Source of the DNA: an uncultured delta proteobacterium
GTDB lineage: Bacteria > Desulfobacterota > Binatia > UBA9968
Direction of reading: 5' to 3'
NCBI GenBank assembly: GCA_963745035.1
Contig: CAVUVW010000013.1
Coordinates: forward strand, 1,696,001 to 1,760,000
Length of the DNA: 64,000 nucleotides
Shown: positions 1 through 9,466 of the stretch, piece after piece
How the letters are laid out: each line of letters opens with the position of its first letter
How positions within the stretch are numbered: the stretch's first letter is position 1
Notes under the pieces: model-generated
Databases searched by the model: none
Told to the model about the DNA's origin: nothing
What the model saw: the letters and a program-made list of their open reading frames with translations, nothing else
Program-made: the position numbers and the translations under genes

Positions 1-2
1 CC

Positions 3-1391
3 GTGAGCATTCCGGTCCAGGCGGGCGAGCAGATCGCGCCGAACAACCAAAAAGACTTCAAAGTCGAGGTGCAGCGCGACAAGATTCGGATTTTGACCCT
101 GTCGGGCTCGCCGGCGTGGAATTATCGGTTTCTGCGCATGGCGATGAAGCAGGATCCGCTGATCGAGCTGGTCTCCTTCGTGTTTTTGCGCACGCCGACC
201 GACACCGTGGACGTGCCGGAAAGCCAGTTGAGCCTGATCCCGTTTCCCATCGACGATATTTTTCTCGAAGAGCTGAAAAACTTCGACGTAATCTTCTTCG
301 ACGACTTTTCCCATCGCGCCTACTTCAACCCGGTGTATCTCGAGCGGGTAAGAGATTTCGTGCGCGACGGCGGCGGCCTCGCCATGCTCGGCGGCACGCG
401 CGCCTTCGACAGCGGCGGCTACGGCGAGAGCGCTCTCCGCGAAGTCCTGCCGGTGGAGCTAGACGGCAAGGGCGTTTTCGAAGCGCGCGGTCCGGTGCAG
501 GCGGCCTTGACGCCGGCGGGCAGAGCCCATCCCATCACTCGGCTCTTGCCCGATCCGAAGCTGAATGAAGAGACCTGGCGCAAGCTGCCGGCCTTGACCG
601 GCATGAATCAGGTGCGCGCCGTGCGCGGCGAGTCTTTGCTGACCGCCGGCGGCAATGGCGCGGGTGGCGCGCCGCTCCTCGCCATCGGCCGCTTCGGCAA
701 GGGCCGCACGTTGGCGCTCATGACCGACGATGCCTGGCGCTGGAATTTTATTGCCGTCGGCAACAAGGAGACGCCGCAGAATCATTTGAAGCTCATGCGC
801 CAGGCGGTGCGCTGGCTCGCCCAGGAGCCGTCCTTCGAGCAAGTGCAACTGCGGCCGATCCCGGTCTCCCAGCCCGGAGAAAAAGTCCCGATCAAGCTGC
901 GCGTGCTGAAGGATGACTTCACGCCGACCCGCGAAGCTTCGGTGCAGCTCCGCGTATTCGGTCCCGAGGGCGAGCCGATGCTGGTTTCCGCCGCGCCGGC
1001 GGGGGAAGAAGGCGAATACGGCGGCGAGTTCACGCCCACCCGGGAGGGCACCCACCGCGTGGAGGCTGAGGCAAGCCTGGGCGGCAAGCTCCTCGGTAGA
1101 GACCGGGCGAGCTTCACCGCGGCTTTTTCGTACGGCGAAGCCGACGACGGCCGGCCGCGCTTTGATTTGCTCAAACAAATCGCCGAGAAGAGCAAGGGCG
1201 ACTACATTCCGATCGCCGATTGGAATGAAAAGACGCTGGAGAAAATCGCCGCGCGCCTGGAAGCGATCGCGCCGTCGGAGATCGTCGAGCAGCGCCAGAC
1301 CCGCCTCTGGAGCAATCTCTGGCCGTTCGCGATCCTGCTCGCGCTCCTCAGCGTCGAATGGTGGATGCGAAGAAAGTGGGGATTGATTTAG
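3..1391 (+). CDS. Membrane-anchored protein with glutamine-amidotransferase-like (GATase1-like/DUF1355) domain; 5' end lies outside the window
   Basis: ORF open from window edge; FVRDGGGLAMLGG, LPVEL, GRFGKGR and WRW motifs; C-terminal LLSVEWWMRRKWGL anchor. Confidence 0.75.
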   Translation: MSIPVQAGEQIAPNNQKDFKVEVQRDKIRILTLSGSPAWNYRFLRMAMKQDPLIELVSFVFLRTPTDTVDVPESQLSLIPFPIDDIFLEELKNFDVIFFDDFSHRAYFNPVYLERVRDFVRDGGGLAMLGGTRAFDSGGYGESALREVLPVELDGKGVFEARGPVQAALTPAGRAHPITRLLPDPKLNEETWRKLPALTGMNQVRAVRGESLLTAGGNGAGGAPLLAIGRFGKGRTLALMTDDAWRWNFIAVGNKETPQNHLKLMRQAVRWLAQEPSFEQVQLRPIPVSQPGEKVPIKLRVLKDDFTPTREASVQLRVFGPEGEPMLVSAAPAGEEGEYGGEFTPTREGTHRVEAEASLGGKLLGRDRASFTAAFSYGEADDGRPRFDLLKQIAEKSKGDYIPIADWNEKTLEKIAARLEAIAPSEIVEQRQTRLWSNLWPFAILLALLSVEWWMRRKWGLI

Positions 1392-1465
1392 TTTCTAGTT
1401 TTGAGTTTCGGGTTCCGAGTTGAACCAAGACACGAGACGCGAGACACCAAACTCTCGAACACGAT
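1390..1465. repeat. Inverted pair of degenerate heptamer tandem repeats (GTTTCGA-like / CGAGACA-like)
   Basis: gtttctag-ttttgag-tttcggg-ttccgag followed by caagaca-cgagacg-cgagaca-ccaaact. Confidence 0.5.
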
Positions 1466-1472
1466 CACGCAG

Positions 1473-2270
1473 ATGAACCGCCGCAAGACGCTACAACTCA
1501 CAGCGTTATCTTTGCTCACGATCGCCATCCAACCCGACCGTGTTCAGGCTTTCTGCCACGAGCTTGAAGTCGTCGAGCGGCGCGTCTATCGGGTCGCAGC
1601 CGCCGCGGCGCCGGCGCTGACGATCGAATGGCTGGGCCACTCGACGTTCGAGATCACCTCGTCGAAAGGCACCCGCGTGCTCACCGATCCGCACGGCGCC
1701 TTCGATCTGCCGCGGCCGACCTTGCCGACACATATCGTCACCGCCAGCCATCGTCACGGCCCGCACAGCGCGGTTCACATGGCGATCGGGAAGCCGGTGA
1801 TCTTTCACGGCCTTACTCCCGCGGGAGACGATTGGCAGAAAATTTCCACAACCATACGCGACGTTTCGGTCTACGTCGTGCCCGCCTATCACGACAAAAG
1901 CCGCGGCATGCAGCGCGGCAAGAACGCCATCTTCGTGTTTCGCGTCGACGACGTCTGCATCGCCCACCTGGGCGATCTCGGCCATGTCCTCGGCCCCGAT
2001 CAACTCAAGATGATGGGCAAGATCGATATCCTGCTCGTGCCCATCGCCGGCGGTTACTACACGGTCACGCCCAGCGAAGCCCGCGAGGTGACCAAGCTCG
2101 TGAATCCCAAAATCGCCATCCCCAAACATTTCTGGTGGGAGCAGGCGGTGCAGCAATACACCGAAGGCTTGACGCGGGTAAAAATGATGAAGAGCCCGGT
2201 GCTAAAAATCTCCAAGCCCGAGCTGCCGCAGCCGATCGAAACCATCGTGCTGCCGTGGGGACAACGCTGA
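1473..2270 (+). CDS. MBL-fold metallo-hydrolase (Lactamase_B_3-like), probably exported
   Basis: WLGHSTF, TDP, SHRHGPH, AYHD, HLGDLG and IPKHF motifs; N-terminus MNRRKTL resembles a Tat signal; ATG at 1473. Confidence 0.85.
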   Translation: MNRRKTLQLTALSLLTIAIQPDRVQAFCHELEVVERRVYRVAAAAAPALTIEWLGHSTFEITSSKGTRVLTDPHGAFDLPRPTLPTHIVTASHRHGPHSAVHMAIGKPVIFHGLTPAGDDWQKISTTIRDVSVYVVPAYHDKSRGMQRGKNAIFVFRVDDVCIAHLGDLGHVLGPDQLKMMGKIDILLVPIAGGYYTVTPSEAREVTKLVNPKIAIPKHFWWEQAVQQYTEGLTRVKMMKSPVLKISKPELPQPIETIVLPWGQR

Positions 2271-2295
2271 AGCGGGTTTTCTGATCAGGGCCTCC

Positions 2296-2323
2296 TGCCT
2301 ATTCCAGTTGCCTGTTGCCTATT
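2296..2323 (+). repeat. CTGTTGC/CTATTGC heptamer block
   Basis: ctgcctattccagttgcctgttgcctatt between convergent genes. Confidence 0.7.
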
Positions 2324-2328
2324 CGAAC

Positions 2329-3360
2329 CTACTTCGCCTCCAGGATCTGTTTCACTCGATTCACGATGGCGGGCTCGATCTCGTACAAGCCATTCACCAT
2401 CTTTTCTATGCCGGGTCCATCGATCGGGTCGATCTCGAGCTTCGCTTTTTCCGCCTCGGCGAGAAGCTGAGCATCTTTCAGCGTAGCCATGAAGGCCTTT
2501 TGCAGTGTGCGCACGCGCTGTTCTGGCACTTGGGGCGGCAGCGAATAGAGTCTTTGTTTGCCGTAAAGCTCGCTCGCTATGCGGAGGAGTTTTTTCCCTT
2601 CGTCGGTGTTGGCGTAATCGACCGCGAGCGGGACACCCTTTAGCTCGGGATGAGATTCCATCATCGTCTGGAGCACGACATGGATCTGTTTGGCCTTGAG
2701 CGCGTTGGCCCAAGTCACCTTCGCCGATTGCCAGCCAAAGGAGCAGGTACCGTCGACTTCTCCGGTCTCCGCTGCAACCCTGATGTCGGCGGTGCCCTTG
2801 TAACCCTCGATGAGCTGGAGCGGAAAACCGCTGGCGGCGGCAAGGATCTTCGTGTCATCCGTTCCGCTGGTGCCGGGGCCGATCGCGCCGAGCTTGACGC
2901 GTGTTTTGGCCTTGCGCCACTCCTCTGCCGTCTTGATTCCGCTGCGCTCAGTCAATATGCACACGAGCGAGTCCGCCGTCGGCATACCGAGCCAGCCGAA
3001 CTTGCGCCCCTCGAATTGCACCGCGGGGTTGCCCATCATGTGTTGTAGAATAAGCGGGCCGGACCAATGGCCGATGACCGTGCCATCGCGCGGAGCGCTG
3101 TTGAAAACGTAATTGGCCGAGATCAGCATGGCCGCTCCAGGCATATTTTGCACGACGGTCGACGGTTTACCCGGAACGTATTGAGCAAAGTGGCGCGCGA
3201 TCAGCCGGGTGTACGTATCGTAGCCTCCACCTGCGGAGCCACCGACGATGAACTGGACGGTTTTGCCCTTGTAGAACTCCTCGACCGATGCAGCCGGCGC
3301 CGAGACCACCGATACCGAAATCAAGATAGGGAGCAAAAATACGCCGAGTGCTTTCGCCAT
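2329..3360 (-). CDS. Tripartite tricarboxylate transporter substrate-binding protein (TctC/Bug family)
   Basis: Signal peptide; FYKGKT, GGSAGGGYD, QNMPGA, DGT, GYKG and GEVDG motifs; GGAGG RBS. Confidence 0.9.
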   Translation of the reverse strand: MAKALGVFLLPILISVSVVSAPAASVEEFYKGKTVQFIVGGSAGGGYDTYTRLIARHFAQYVPGKPSTVVQNMPGAAMLISANYVFNSAPRDGTVIGHWSGPLILQHMMGNPAVQFEGRKFGWLGMPTADSLVCILTERSGIKTAEEWRKAKTRVKLGAIGPGTSGTDDTKILAAASGFPLQLIEGYKGTADIRVAAETGEVDGTCSFGWQSAKVTWANALKAKQIHVVLQTMMESHPELKGVPLAVDYANTDEGKKLLRIASELYGKQRLYSLPPQVPEQRVRTLQKAFMATLKDAQLLAEAEKAKLEIDPIDGPGIEKMVNGLYEIEPAIVNRVKQILEAK

Positions 3361-3619
3361 GCGCTACCTCCTGGCAATTTGGCCGTCCTGGCCGGAAGCT
3401 AAGTTGTCCGGGAGGCTCATGTCAAGCGCTTCAGCGGAGATGAGCATGCAGCTTCATCCCCAAACTTTCGGAAACGCATCTACGACTTCAACACTCTGAA
3501 GCCTCCTTCTCGTTGACATTCCAAGACCCCATCGACTATTGACGAAGTCACGAGGCAAAGCTCACGGGTCCGTTTGGCGCATTGACCGGCTACATCGCGC
3601 GGCGCGGGAGAGAGGAACC

Positions 3620-4609
3620 ATGCTAGTCCGTTTCAAAGTCTGTTCGTTTGCCCTGCTTGGTATTATTGTTTTTTTCACTGCGACGCGCGGCCACGGACAG
3701 AGCGTTCCCACCGCCGAGAAGATCGTCGTCAGTTACCCGAGCAAATCCATCACCAACTTTCCGATTTTGGAGACCGCGCGGCAGAAAGGCTTCTTTCAAA
3801 AAGAAGGGCTTCAAGTCAGCCTCGTCTATATCCGCGGCGGCTTGGATATCAAGACGCTGCTCACCAATGATGCCGATTTTGCAATGGGCAGCACCACCGC
3901 CGTAACTGCATTCGTTGCCGGGGCCCCGCTGCGGATTGTTTTGAGCTACAACGCCCACGTCGATCAGGGACTCTACGCCCAGGCCAAGCATCGCCGCATT
4001 GCCGACCTCAAAGGCCAGCCGATCGGATCGCTCAATCCGGGCGGCCTAGTCGATACCATGGTGCGGCGCATTCTCATTAAAAACGGATTGCAGCCGGAGC
4101 GCGATGTGAATCTCCTCGCCATGGGCGGCACGCCGGAACGTTACGCGGCGCTTAAAGCCGGCGCCATCGCCGCGACCATGTTGAGCTCGCCGTTTAATTT
4201 TCTTGCCGACAAAGAGGGCTTTTCGAAGCTCGCCACGACGCGCGATTACGTCGACGTCCCCGGCACAGCCGTGGTCGTGAGCGTCGAGAAGATCAAGAAG
4301 CAGCCCGCCACCATCAAGCGATTCATGCGGGCGTCGCTGCGCGCGATGAAATATATCAGAGACAACCGAGCCGACACGTCGCAGTTGATCGCGCGCGAGT
4401 TCAGCATGGACCAGGAGATCGCCGGCTTGGCCTACAACCAACTCTTGGAGTTGCTCAGCCCGGACGGCAGAAACCGGGTGAGTGGATATCAACTACTCGT
4501 CGACTTTGCCCGTGCCGCGCAAAAAATCGAACGCCCTATCAACGCCGCACAGCTCATAGACGAAACACTCCTCGATGAATTGATGCGCGAGGGAGAAATA
4601 TCGAAGTAA
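3620..4609 (+). CDS. ABC transporter substrate-binding protein, NMT1/THI5/SsuA-like
   Basis: KGFFQKEGL, ADLKG, GL.PERDV and RYAALKAG motifs; RBS gagagga before ATG 3620. Confidence 0.85.
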   Translation: MLVRFKVCSFALLGIIVFFTATRGHGQSVPTAEKIVVSYPSKSITNFPILETARQKGFFQKEGLQVSLVYIRGGLDIKTLLTNDADFAMGSTTAVTAFVAGAPLRIVLSYNAHVDQGLYAQAKHRRIADLKGQPIGSLNPGGLVDTMVRRILIKNGLQPERDVNLLAMGGTPERYAALKAGAIAATMLSSPFNFLADKEGFSKLATTRDYVDVPGTAVVVSVEKIKKQPATIKRFMRASLRAMKYIRDNRADTSQLIAREFSMDQEIAGLAYNQLLELLSPDGRNRVSGYQLLVDFARAAQKIERPINAAQLIDETLLDELMREGEISK

Positions 4610-4704
4610 AAGCGCTCGGCGCCGCGTTCCCGGGCTCGCCGCAATGCCGCGAAAGGGCCAGACGCTTTGGGGCAATCGCCTAGCGGAGGATGAGGGAAGA
4701 CGGT

Positions 4705-4836
4705 TTAACCCGCTTTGTCCTTTGGCGCGGCTGCCAGGCTGAGGGCTTCTTTCTTTTTCCTAAAATACTCGCGCTTGGAAAGCCGCATTGCTTGCCGCTT
4801 GCGCCGTTGCAAGTTTCGTTTGGCGTTCTGGTTCAT
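4705..4836 (-). CDS. Small very basic protein, 43 aa (MNQNAKRNLQRRKRQAMRLSKREYFRKKKEALSLAAAPKDKAG)
   Basis: Hand-translated; GGAGG RBS 7 nt before ATG; below the ORF-track cutoff. Confidence 0.6.
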   Translation of the reverse strand: MNQNAKRNLQRRKRQAMRLSKREYFRKKKEALSLAAAPKDKAG

Positions 4837-4940
4837 CGGGCTGCCTCCGTATGATACGTTCGAACTTGCTTCAAACGTCTATCAGTACCGCTATCGAACA
4901 ACAAACTGCCACCGCTCCGGCGAGTTTTTCATGGGCGTTT

Positions 4941-4973
4941 CGACATTTTCGAGAATTCCCTAAACGTGGAAGT
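4941..4973. repeat. GAATTC-centred imperfect palindrome (REP-like), copy 1 of 4
   Basis: cattttcgagaattccctaaacgtggaag; also at ~17331, ~48391 and ~56157. Confidence 0.7.
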
Positions 4974-5227
4974 CCGGTTTGAGTCCCTCGTTGAATCCGG
5001 AACTTTGAACAATGAGGGTTGCCCGGTTGCTTTAAACAGTCATTGGACGCGCAAGCTCCGAATGCCCTGCCCGCCGCTTTTTCCGAGCCAATCACCAGTT
5101 TTCAACTTCCCGGAACGAAACCCCGCTGAGCCCGTGGATTGACGAGCTCGGAATAGATAGATAATGTGTATTCGAACCGAAGACATCACTCTGTCAAGAC
5201 GCCCGATTCGACTGTGAGGTGAGTGCC

Positions 5228-5359
5228 ATGAAGATCTATGTGAAATTATCCGCCCTCCTTCTCGCGGTGATTCTTTCAACATCCGGCTGCGCAACCCTCA
5301 ACTATTCTTACGCCGACAGCAACGAGCCCATCAACTGGCGCGAATATAACGACTGTTGA
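5228..5359 (+). CDS. Small lipoprotein, 43 aa (MKIYVKLSALLLAVILSTSGCATLNYSYADSNEPINWREYNDC)
   Basis: Hand-translated; GAGGTG RBS; signal peptide with lipobox TSGC; hairpin at ~5390-5421 follows. Confidence 0.65.
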   Translation: MKIYVKLSALLLAVILSTSGCATLNYSYADSNEPINWREYNDC

Positions 5360-5615
5360 CGAGTTCTTCAGCGGTCGCCCCATCCAACCAAAGCCGCCGT
5401 TGAGTCGACGCGTCGGCTTTGAAGATTCGATGAGTCCGTACAGCGTCGCTTCGGTTCGACCAGATACGTCCCACGTTTTTGGGTTTTCGTTCCTAAGTGT
5501 TTTCCGTGCTTCGTGCCTCAGTTTTTACCCACTGTAAGGCTCACTTCGTTTCCGCACCGCATCCACCTCTCCATTTGCTCGAATCCGCGATGTACTAAGG
5601 TCAGCTAGCAGAAAC

Positions 5616-5660
5616 TTTTGAACGAAGCGCCCCGGTTGAACGTCTTGAACGATCGGAACG
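5616..5660 (+). repeat. TTGAAC 9-mer tandem block
   Basis: ttttgaacgaagcgccccggttgaacgtcttgaacgatcggaacg. Confidence 0.8.
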
Positions 5661-5748
5661 GGCTGTATTGACTTCGTCCCGGCATCGACTATATCTGCCT
5701 CAGCGGGAAGGAAGCGGGATCTCTTAGCGAAAGAAAGGAGTTCCGACC

Positions 5749-6777
5749 ATGAAAACATTTCTTTTCGCCGTATTGCTTTTCTCTATCGGGAGCACCAGTG
5801 CCCACGCGCAAGCCGATTTCTATAAAGGCAAGACGATCCGATTGGTGATCGGGTACTCCGCCGGCGGCACCAATGATCTCTGGGCGCGGGCGATCGCGCG
5901 GTTTTGGGGCAAGCACATTCCCGGCAATCCCGATTTCATCGTACAAAATATGCCGGGCGCCGCCACGATGATCGCGGCCAATTACATCTATGGAGTCGAA
6001 AAGTCCGACGGGCTCACTTTGGGGCTGATCGCTCCCGCGTTGTTTTTCAACCAGCTCGGCGGTCAAAAGGAAGTCAAGTTCGACTGGGCGAAGTTTGCCT
6101 GGATCGGCTCGCCCGAGGAAACCAGCGAGATGCTGTCCATGCGCTCCGACACGCCTTTCAAGACTCTGGACGACATCCGCCAGGCAGCGACGCCGCCGAA
6201 ATGCGGCACCACCGGCGCCGGGACACCCGGCCACTACTTTCCGCGGCTCCTCGAAGAGGTCCTCGGGCTCAAGTTCAACCTGGTCACGGGTTACCCCGGA
6301 GCCAACGACATCGACCTTGCCATCGAGAAGGGCGAAGTCCAATGCCGCGCCGGGACGACCAGCGCGTTCTTCGGCCGGGAGCCGGGGCGCACCTGGGCGA
6401 AAACCGGATTCGTGCGCATCATGGTCATCGGCGGCTCCAAGCGAGACGAGCGGGCGCCCAACGTGCCGACGATCTGGGAAGTGATGGAAAAACATAAAAC
6501 GCCCGACGCCGGCAAACGCCTCACCACGGTGATTCTCTCGCCCGGCTCCTTTGGCCGGCCGATCGTCGGCGGCCCCGGGATTCCCGCCGATCGGGTCAAG
6601 ATTCTCCGCGAAGGTTTTTTGAAGGCGATGAAAGATCCCGAGCTTTTGGCCGAGGCGGAAAAGCGCCGTTGGGAACCCGATCCCGTAAGCGGGGAGAAGC
6701 TTCAGGCGCTGGCGCGCGAGGTGGTTACCCAACCGCCCGAAGTCATCACGCGGATGAACGCGGTGCTGGCAAATTAG
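5749..6777 (+). CDS. TctC/Bug family substrate-binding protein
   Basis: AQADFYKGKT, GYSAGGTND, QNMPGA, DGLT, GYPG and KGEV motifs; AAGGAG RBS. Confidence 0.9.
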   Translation: MKTFLFAVLLFSIGSTSAHAQADFYKGKTIRLVIGYSAGGTNDLWARAIARFWGKHIPGNPDFIVQNMPGAATMIAANYIYGVEKSDGLTLGLIAPALFFNQLGGQKEVKFDWAKFAWIGSPEETSEMLSMRSDTPFKTLDDIRQAATPPKCGTTGAGTPGHYFPRLLEEVLGLKFNLVTGYPGANDIDLAIEKGEVQCRAGTTSAFFGREPGRTWAKTGFVRIMVIGGSKRDERAPNVPTIWEVMEKHKTPDAGKRLTTVILSPGSFGRPIVGGPGIPADRVKILREGFLKAMKDPELLAEAEKRRWEPDPVSGEKLQALAREVVTQPPEVITRMNAVLAN

Positions 6778-6799
6778 GCTCGCAGGTTAGGACGCTATC

Positions 6800-6862
6800 C
6801 GAAACGTTTTGAACGCTTTGAACGAAGCGAAGCGGTTGAACGGCTTGAACGTTTTGGAACGG
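6800..6862 (+). repeat. TTGAAC 9-mer tandem block
   Basis: ttttgaacgctttgaacgaagcgaagcggttgaacggcttgaacgttttggaac. Confidence 0.85.
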
Positions 6863-6889
6863 GCCAGTTTATCGAGGAAAGAAAATCGC

Positions 6890-7529
6890 ATGAAAAAGTT
6901 GTATCCAAGGTACGGTGCTGCCGGACTAATAATCGGACTGGCGCTCATCGCCGGCAGCGCTCGAGCGCAGACCGGCTCGGCGGAAAGCCGGGTTTCGCTG
7001 AACGGCGAAATTTCCTCGATCGCCGGTGCCGATCTAACCGTGCAGTCGAATGGCGGCCCAGTCATCGTGAAGCTCGCCGGCGACACCGTTATCCGCGGTG
7101 AAGTGCCCGGTGAAGTTTTCCGATATCACCTCCGGCATGTATGTCGGCGCCACGGCGACAAAGCAGCCGGACGGCACTTTCCGCGCGAGCCGGTTGCACA
7201 TTTTCTCCGAAGACCAGCGCGGCACCGGAGAGGGCCACAGACCGCTGAGTGCGGAGCCGCAGAGCGGCGCGACCATGACCAACGCAAATGTTGAAACTGT
7301 CGAAGACGTGGCGGTCCAGAACGTGAAAGGTCGCATGCTGACGCTCAAGTACAAGGGTGGAGAGATCAAGGTCGTCGTGCCCGCGGAGACTCCCGTCGTA
7401 AAGCGCATCGTCGGCGACCGCAAGCTACTGACGACCGGGAGCACGGTTTCCATCAACGGTAGTCGAGGCGGCGATGGCGCTGTCGTCGCCTCACAGATTA
7501 CCGTGCGCGCGCCGGCGTCAAAGCCATGA
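6890..7529 (+). CDS. Exported hypothetical protein (DUF5666-like OB-fold repeats) with a frameshift near 7110
   Basis: Signal peptide in the 6890 frame continues into the 7098-7529 frame (GMYVG, GTGEGHRP, MTNA, LTLKYKGGE). Confidence 0.7.
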
Positions 7530-7554
7530 CTTGTCGCGGCTCCTATCCGAATCC

Positions 7555-7685
7555 GACCTTGAACTTTTGAACATTGAACCTTGAACGGCGCCACGACATC
7601 GAACCCTTGGCACCACCGGAGCGACCTTCGTCAAACGACTTGAACGGAGCGCAGCGGTTGAACGGCTTGAACGTTTTGAACTGGC
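7555..7685 (+). repeat. TTGAAC block (7/8-mer and 9-mer subtypes)
   Basis: cttgaactttgaacattgaaccttgaac ... ttgaacggagcgcagcggttgaacggcttgaacgttttgaac. Confidence 0.85.
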
Positions 7686-7699
7686 TCGGTTGCGTATCG

Positions 7700-8122
7700 T
7701 CAACCGTTGTCCAGTAGATAACTGCGCCGATCGATCTGGACTGTACCATTGGTAAAGCTGATCGAGATGTTGATGTCTCCTTCTCCGCGGAGCCACGGCA
7801 CGACCTTCATCGTTCGCAGACCCGCTTTTGTATTGGGCTCCTCGAAGGCAATCGCTTCTGCCTCCGCTCTGCTTTCGGCGCGCAAGATGAACATGCCGTA
7901 ACCGAGGTCGGAGGTCGTTTCATTGTCTTTATCGTTCTTGAGCAAGCCCGCGCCGAACAGGCGTCCTTCGCTTTCGAGCCTGGCCATGTATTCCTTGTGC
8001 GGTCGGCGGAATTGCTCACGCGACGGCGCGTTTGGCGGCGGCGGTTCAACGAGCGTCGTGAAACAAAGATAGCATTGCTCGTGTTTCAACGGATGCGTGG
8101 GGTCTTGCTTTAGCTCTGCCAT
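7700..8122 (-). CDS. YciI family protein
   Basis: R.PHKEYMARLE.EGRLFGAG, GMFILRAES..EA.A.A.EEP motifs; AGGAGG RBS. Confidence 0.8.
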   Translation of the reverse strand: MAELKQDPTHPLKHEQCYLCFTTLVEPPPPNAPSREQFRRPHKEYMARLESEGRLFGAGLLKNDKDNETTSDLGYGMFILRAESRAEAEAIAFEEPNTKAGLRTMKVVPWLRGEGDINISISFTNGTVQIDRRSYLLDNG

Positions 8123-8470
8123 GATCGCTCCTCCTGGGAGTAAATGCGGACTTCCGGCTCTCGCGACAAAACTTTAATCAAAAAGCCGGGACCTACGAAA
8201 GCCCTCGCATCGTGTCTTGAACGATTTTGACTGTTCCAAGAACGAACGTGTTTCACCGGTGGGCCCACGCCATGTCTCCGCCGCTTGCACTGTCTCTCGA
8301 TGCCTCAGCAGTCCCGTTTTGGCGCATTTTTCCGGTGAATTTGTCGGCGCAAAACTATTGACGCCCTGCTGTCGAGCTTACCGAAATAATAAGTGAAAGA
8401 GAGAGCTGCACTGCATGGCGGGTTGTCGTGAAACCCGCCACGGTGACTTCTCGGTGGGCTCGGAATTGAA

Positions 8471-8505
8471 GGCCGTCGAGGAAGCCCACCATGAGGCTTC
8501 TCGAT
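8471..8505. repeat. Dispersed hairpin element (TCGAGGAAGCC...GGCTTCTCGA), copy 1
   Basis: Near-identical copy at 13327-13366. Confidence 0.65.
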
Positions 8506-8562
8506 CTTCGAACCATGAACGGCTCGAACGTTGCGAACGGTCTCGCTACCTAACCAAGCTTC

Positions 8563-9156
8563 CTAACGGGCATGGGGCAAGCGCTTCAGTGGGGGTTGCC
8601 AATGGCCGCCGTGGCTGCTGGCACCTTCTTCCCCGTGCGGGAATGTTGACCGCACTCGTGTCTCGCTTTGTCGTAGGTCTCTGATGGACCTTTCATGCGG
8701 CTGCTCAAAAACTTGCGGGTGCGTTTGGCGAAAAAGCCAATACGCGCCGCCAGTTATGAATGCGATAACGCTGAAACAAATCCAGAATCCCCAAAGCCAA
8801 ATGGGGTGCCAGACCAACTTCGATTCTGAGCTGGCGAGTTGCTTCGCCAAATCGCCGCTTTCTTTTTCCAGCTCGCCGATCCGCGCAGCTTTTTTGCCCA
8901 GCTCTTCCTCCAACGTCTTACTCTCCGCATAGGAGCGCAGCGGCAGCTTGAGCTTATGGCCGATCTGGAGATTGTTTTCCAAGACACCGGGATTTTGGTT
9001 CTTGATTTCTTCTTTGGGAATTTCGAGGGTCGTCGCGATGATTTCAAGATTGTCGCCGGGCCGTACCTTCCACGTTTGACTCGCGGCGGCCGCTAGCAGA
9101 GTCGAAGCCATAAAAAGAGAAGAGAGAATGAAAAGAAGAAAGAAAATTCTCTTCAT
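8563..9156 (-). CDS. LysM-domain membrane protein
   Basis: Signal peptide; LysM (WKVRPGDNLEIIA...LQIGHKLKLP); coiled coil; one TM helix. Confidence 0.8.
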   Translation of the reverse strand: MKRIFFLLFILSSLFMASTLLAAAASQTWKVRPGDNLEIIATTLEIPKEEIKNQNPGVLENNLQIGHKLKLPLRSYAESKTLEEELGKKAARIGELEKESGDLAKQLASSESKLVWHPIWLWGFWICFSVIAFITGGAYWLFRQTHPQVFEQPHERSIRDLRQSETRVRSTFPHGEEGASSHGGHWQPPLKRLPHAR

Positions 9157-9466
9157 AAAGTCCCCTTTCTCGCACCTAAAGAAGTGCGCGCTTAAGACAT
9201 GACATGAAGAAGCCTATCAGGCGCACTGGTGCTCCGCTAGCCCCCCTTGGAACGTCATTTGCGACAATAGTGTGACGGGTAGCGCCGGGTCATGGTGATG
9301 TAAGCGCCAGGAAGCAACGGAATCGCTTTAGGCGTTCCGGAGCGGCTAGATCGCGTCTTCATCGTACGAGTGCCCCGAAACCGAAACGTCCCAGAGTTGG
9401 GTCGGTCATTGCTGAATGCGAGTCGAAGCGACGGCACGGACGCAAACACGCATAGCGTAAGGAGTT

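Noticed and set aside
5354-5421. Cys-TGA at the end of the small lipoprotein as a second Sec codon
   Set aside because: Read-through gives only ~20 unremarkable residues, and the hairpin is distant and terminator-like.
9200-9460. Possible riboswitch or ncRNA upstream of the selenoprotein gene
   Set aside because: No recognisable conserved motif by eye; an Rfam scan is needed.
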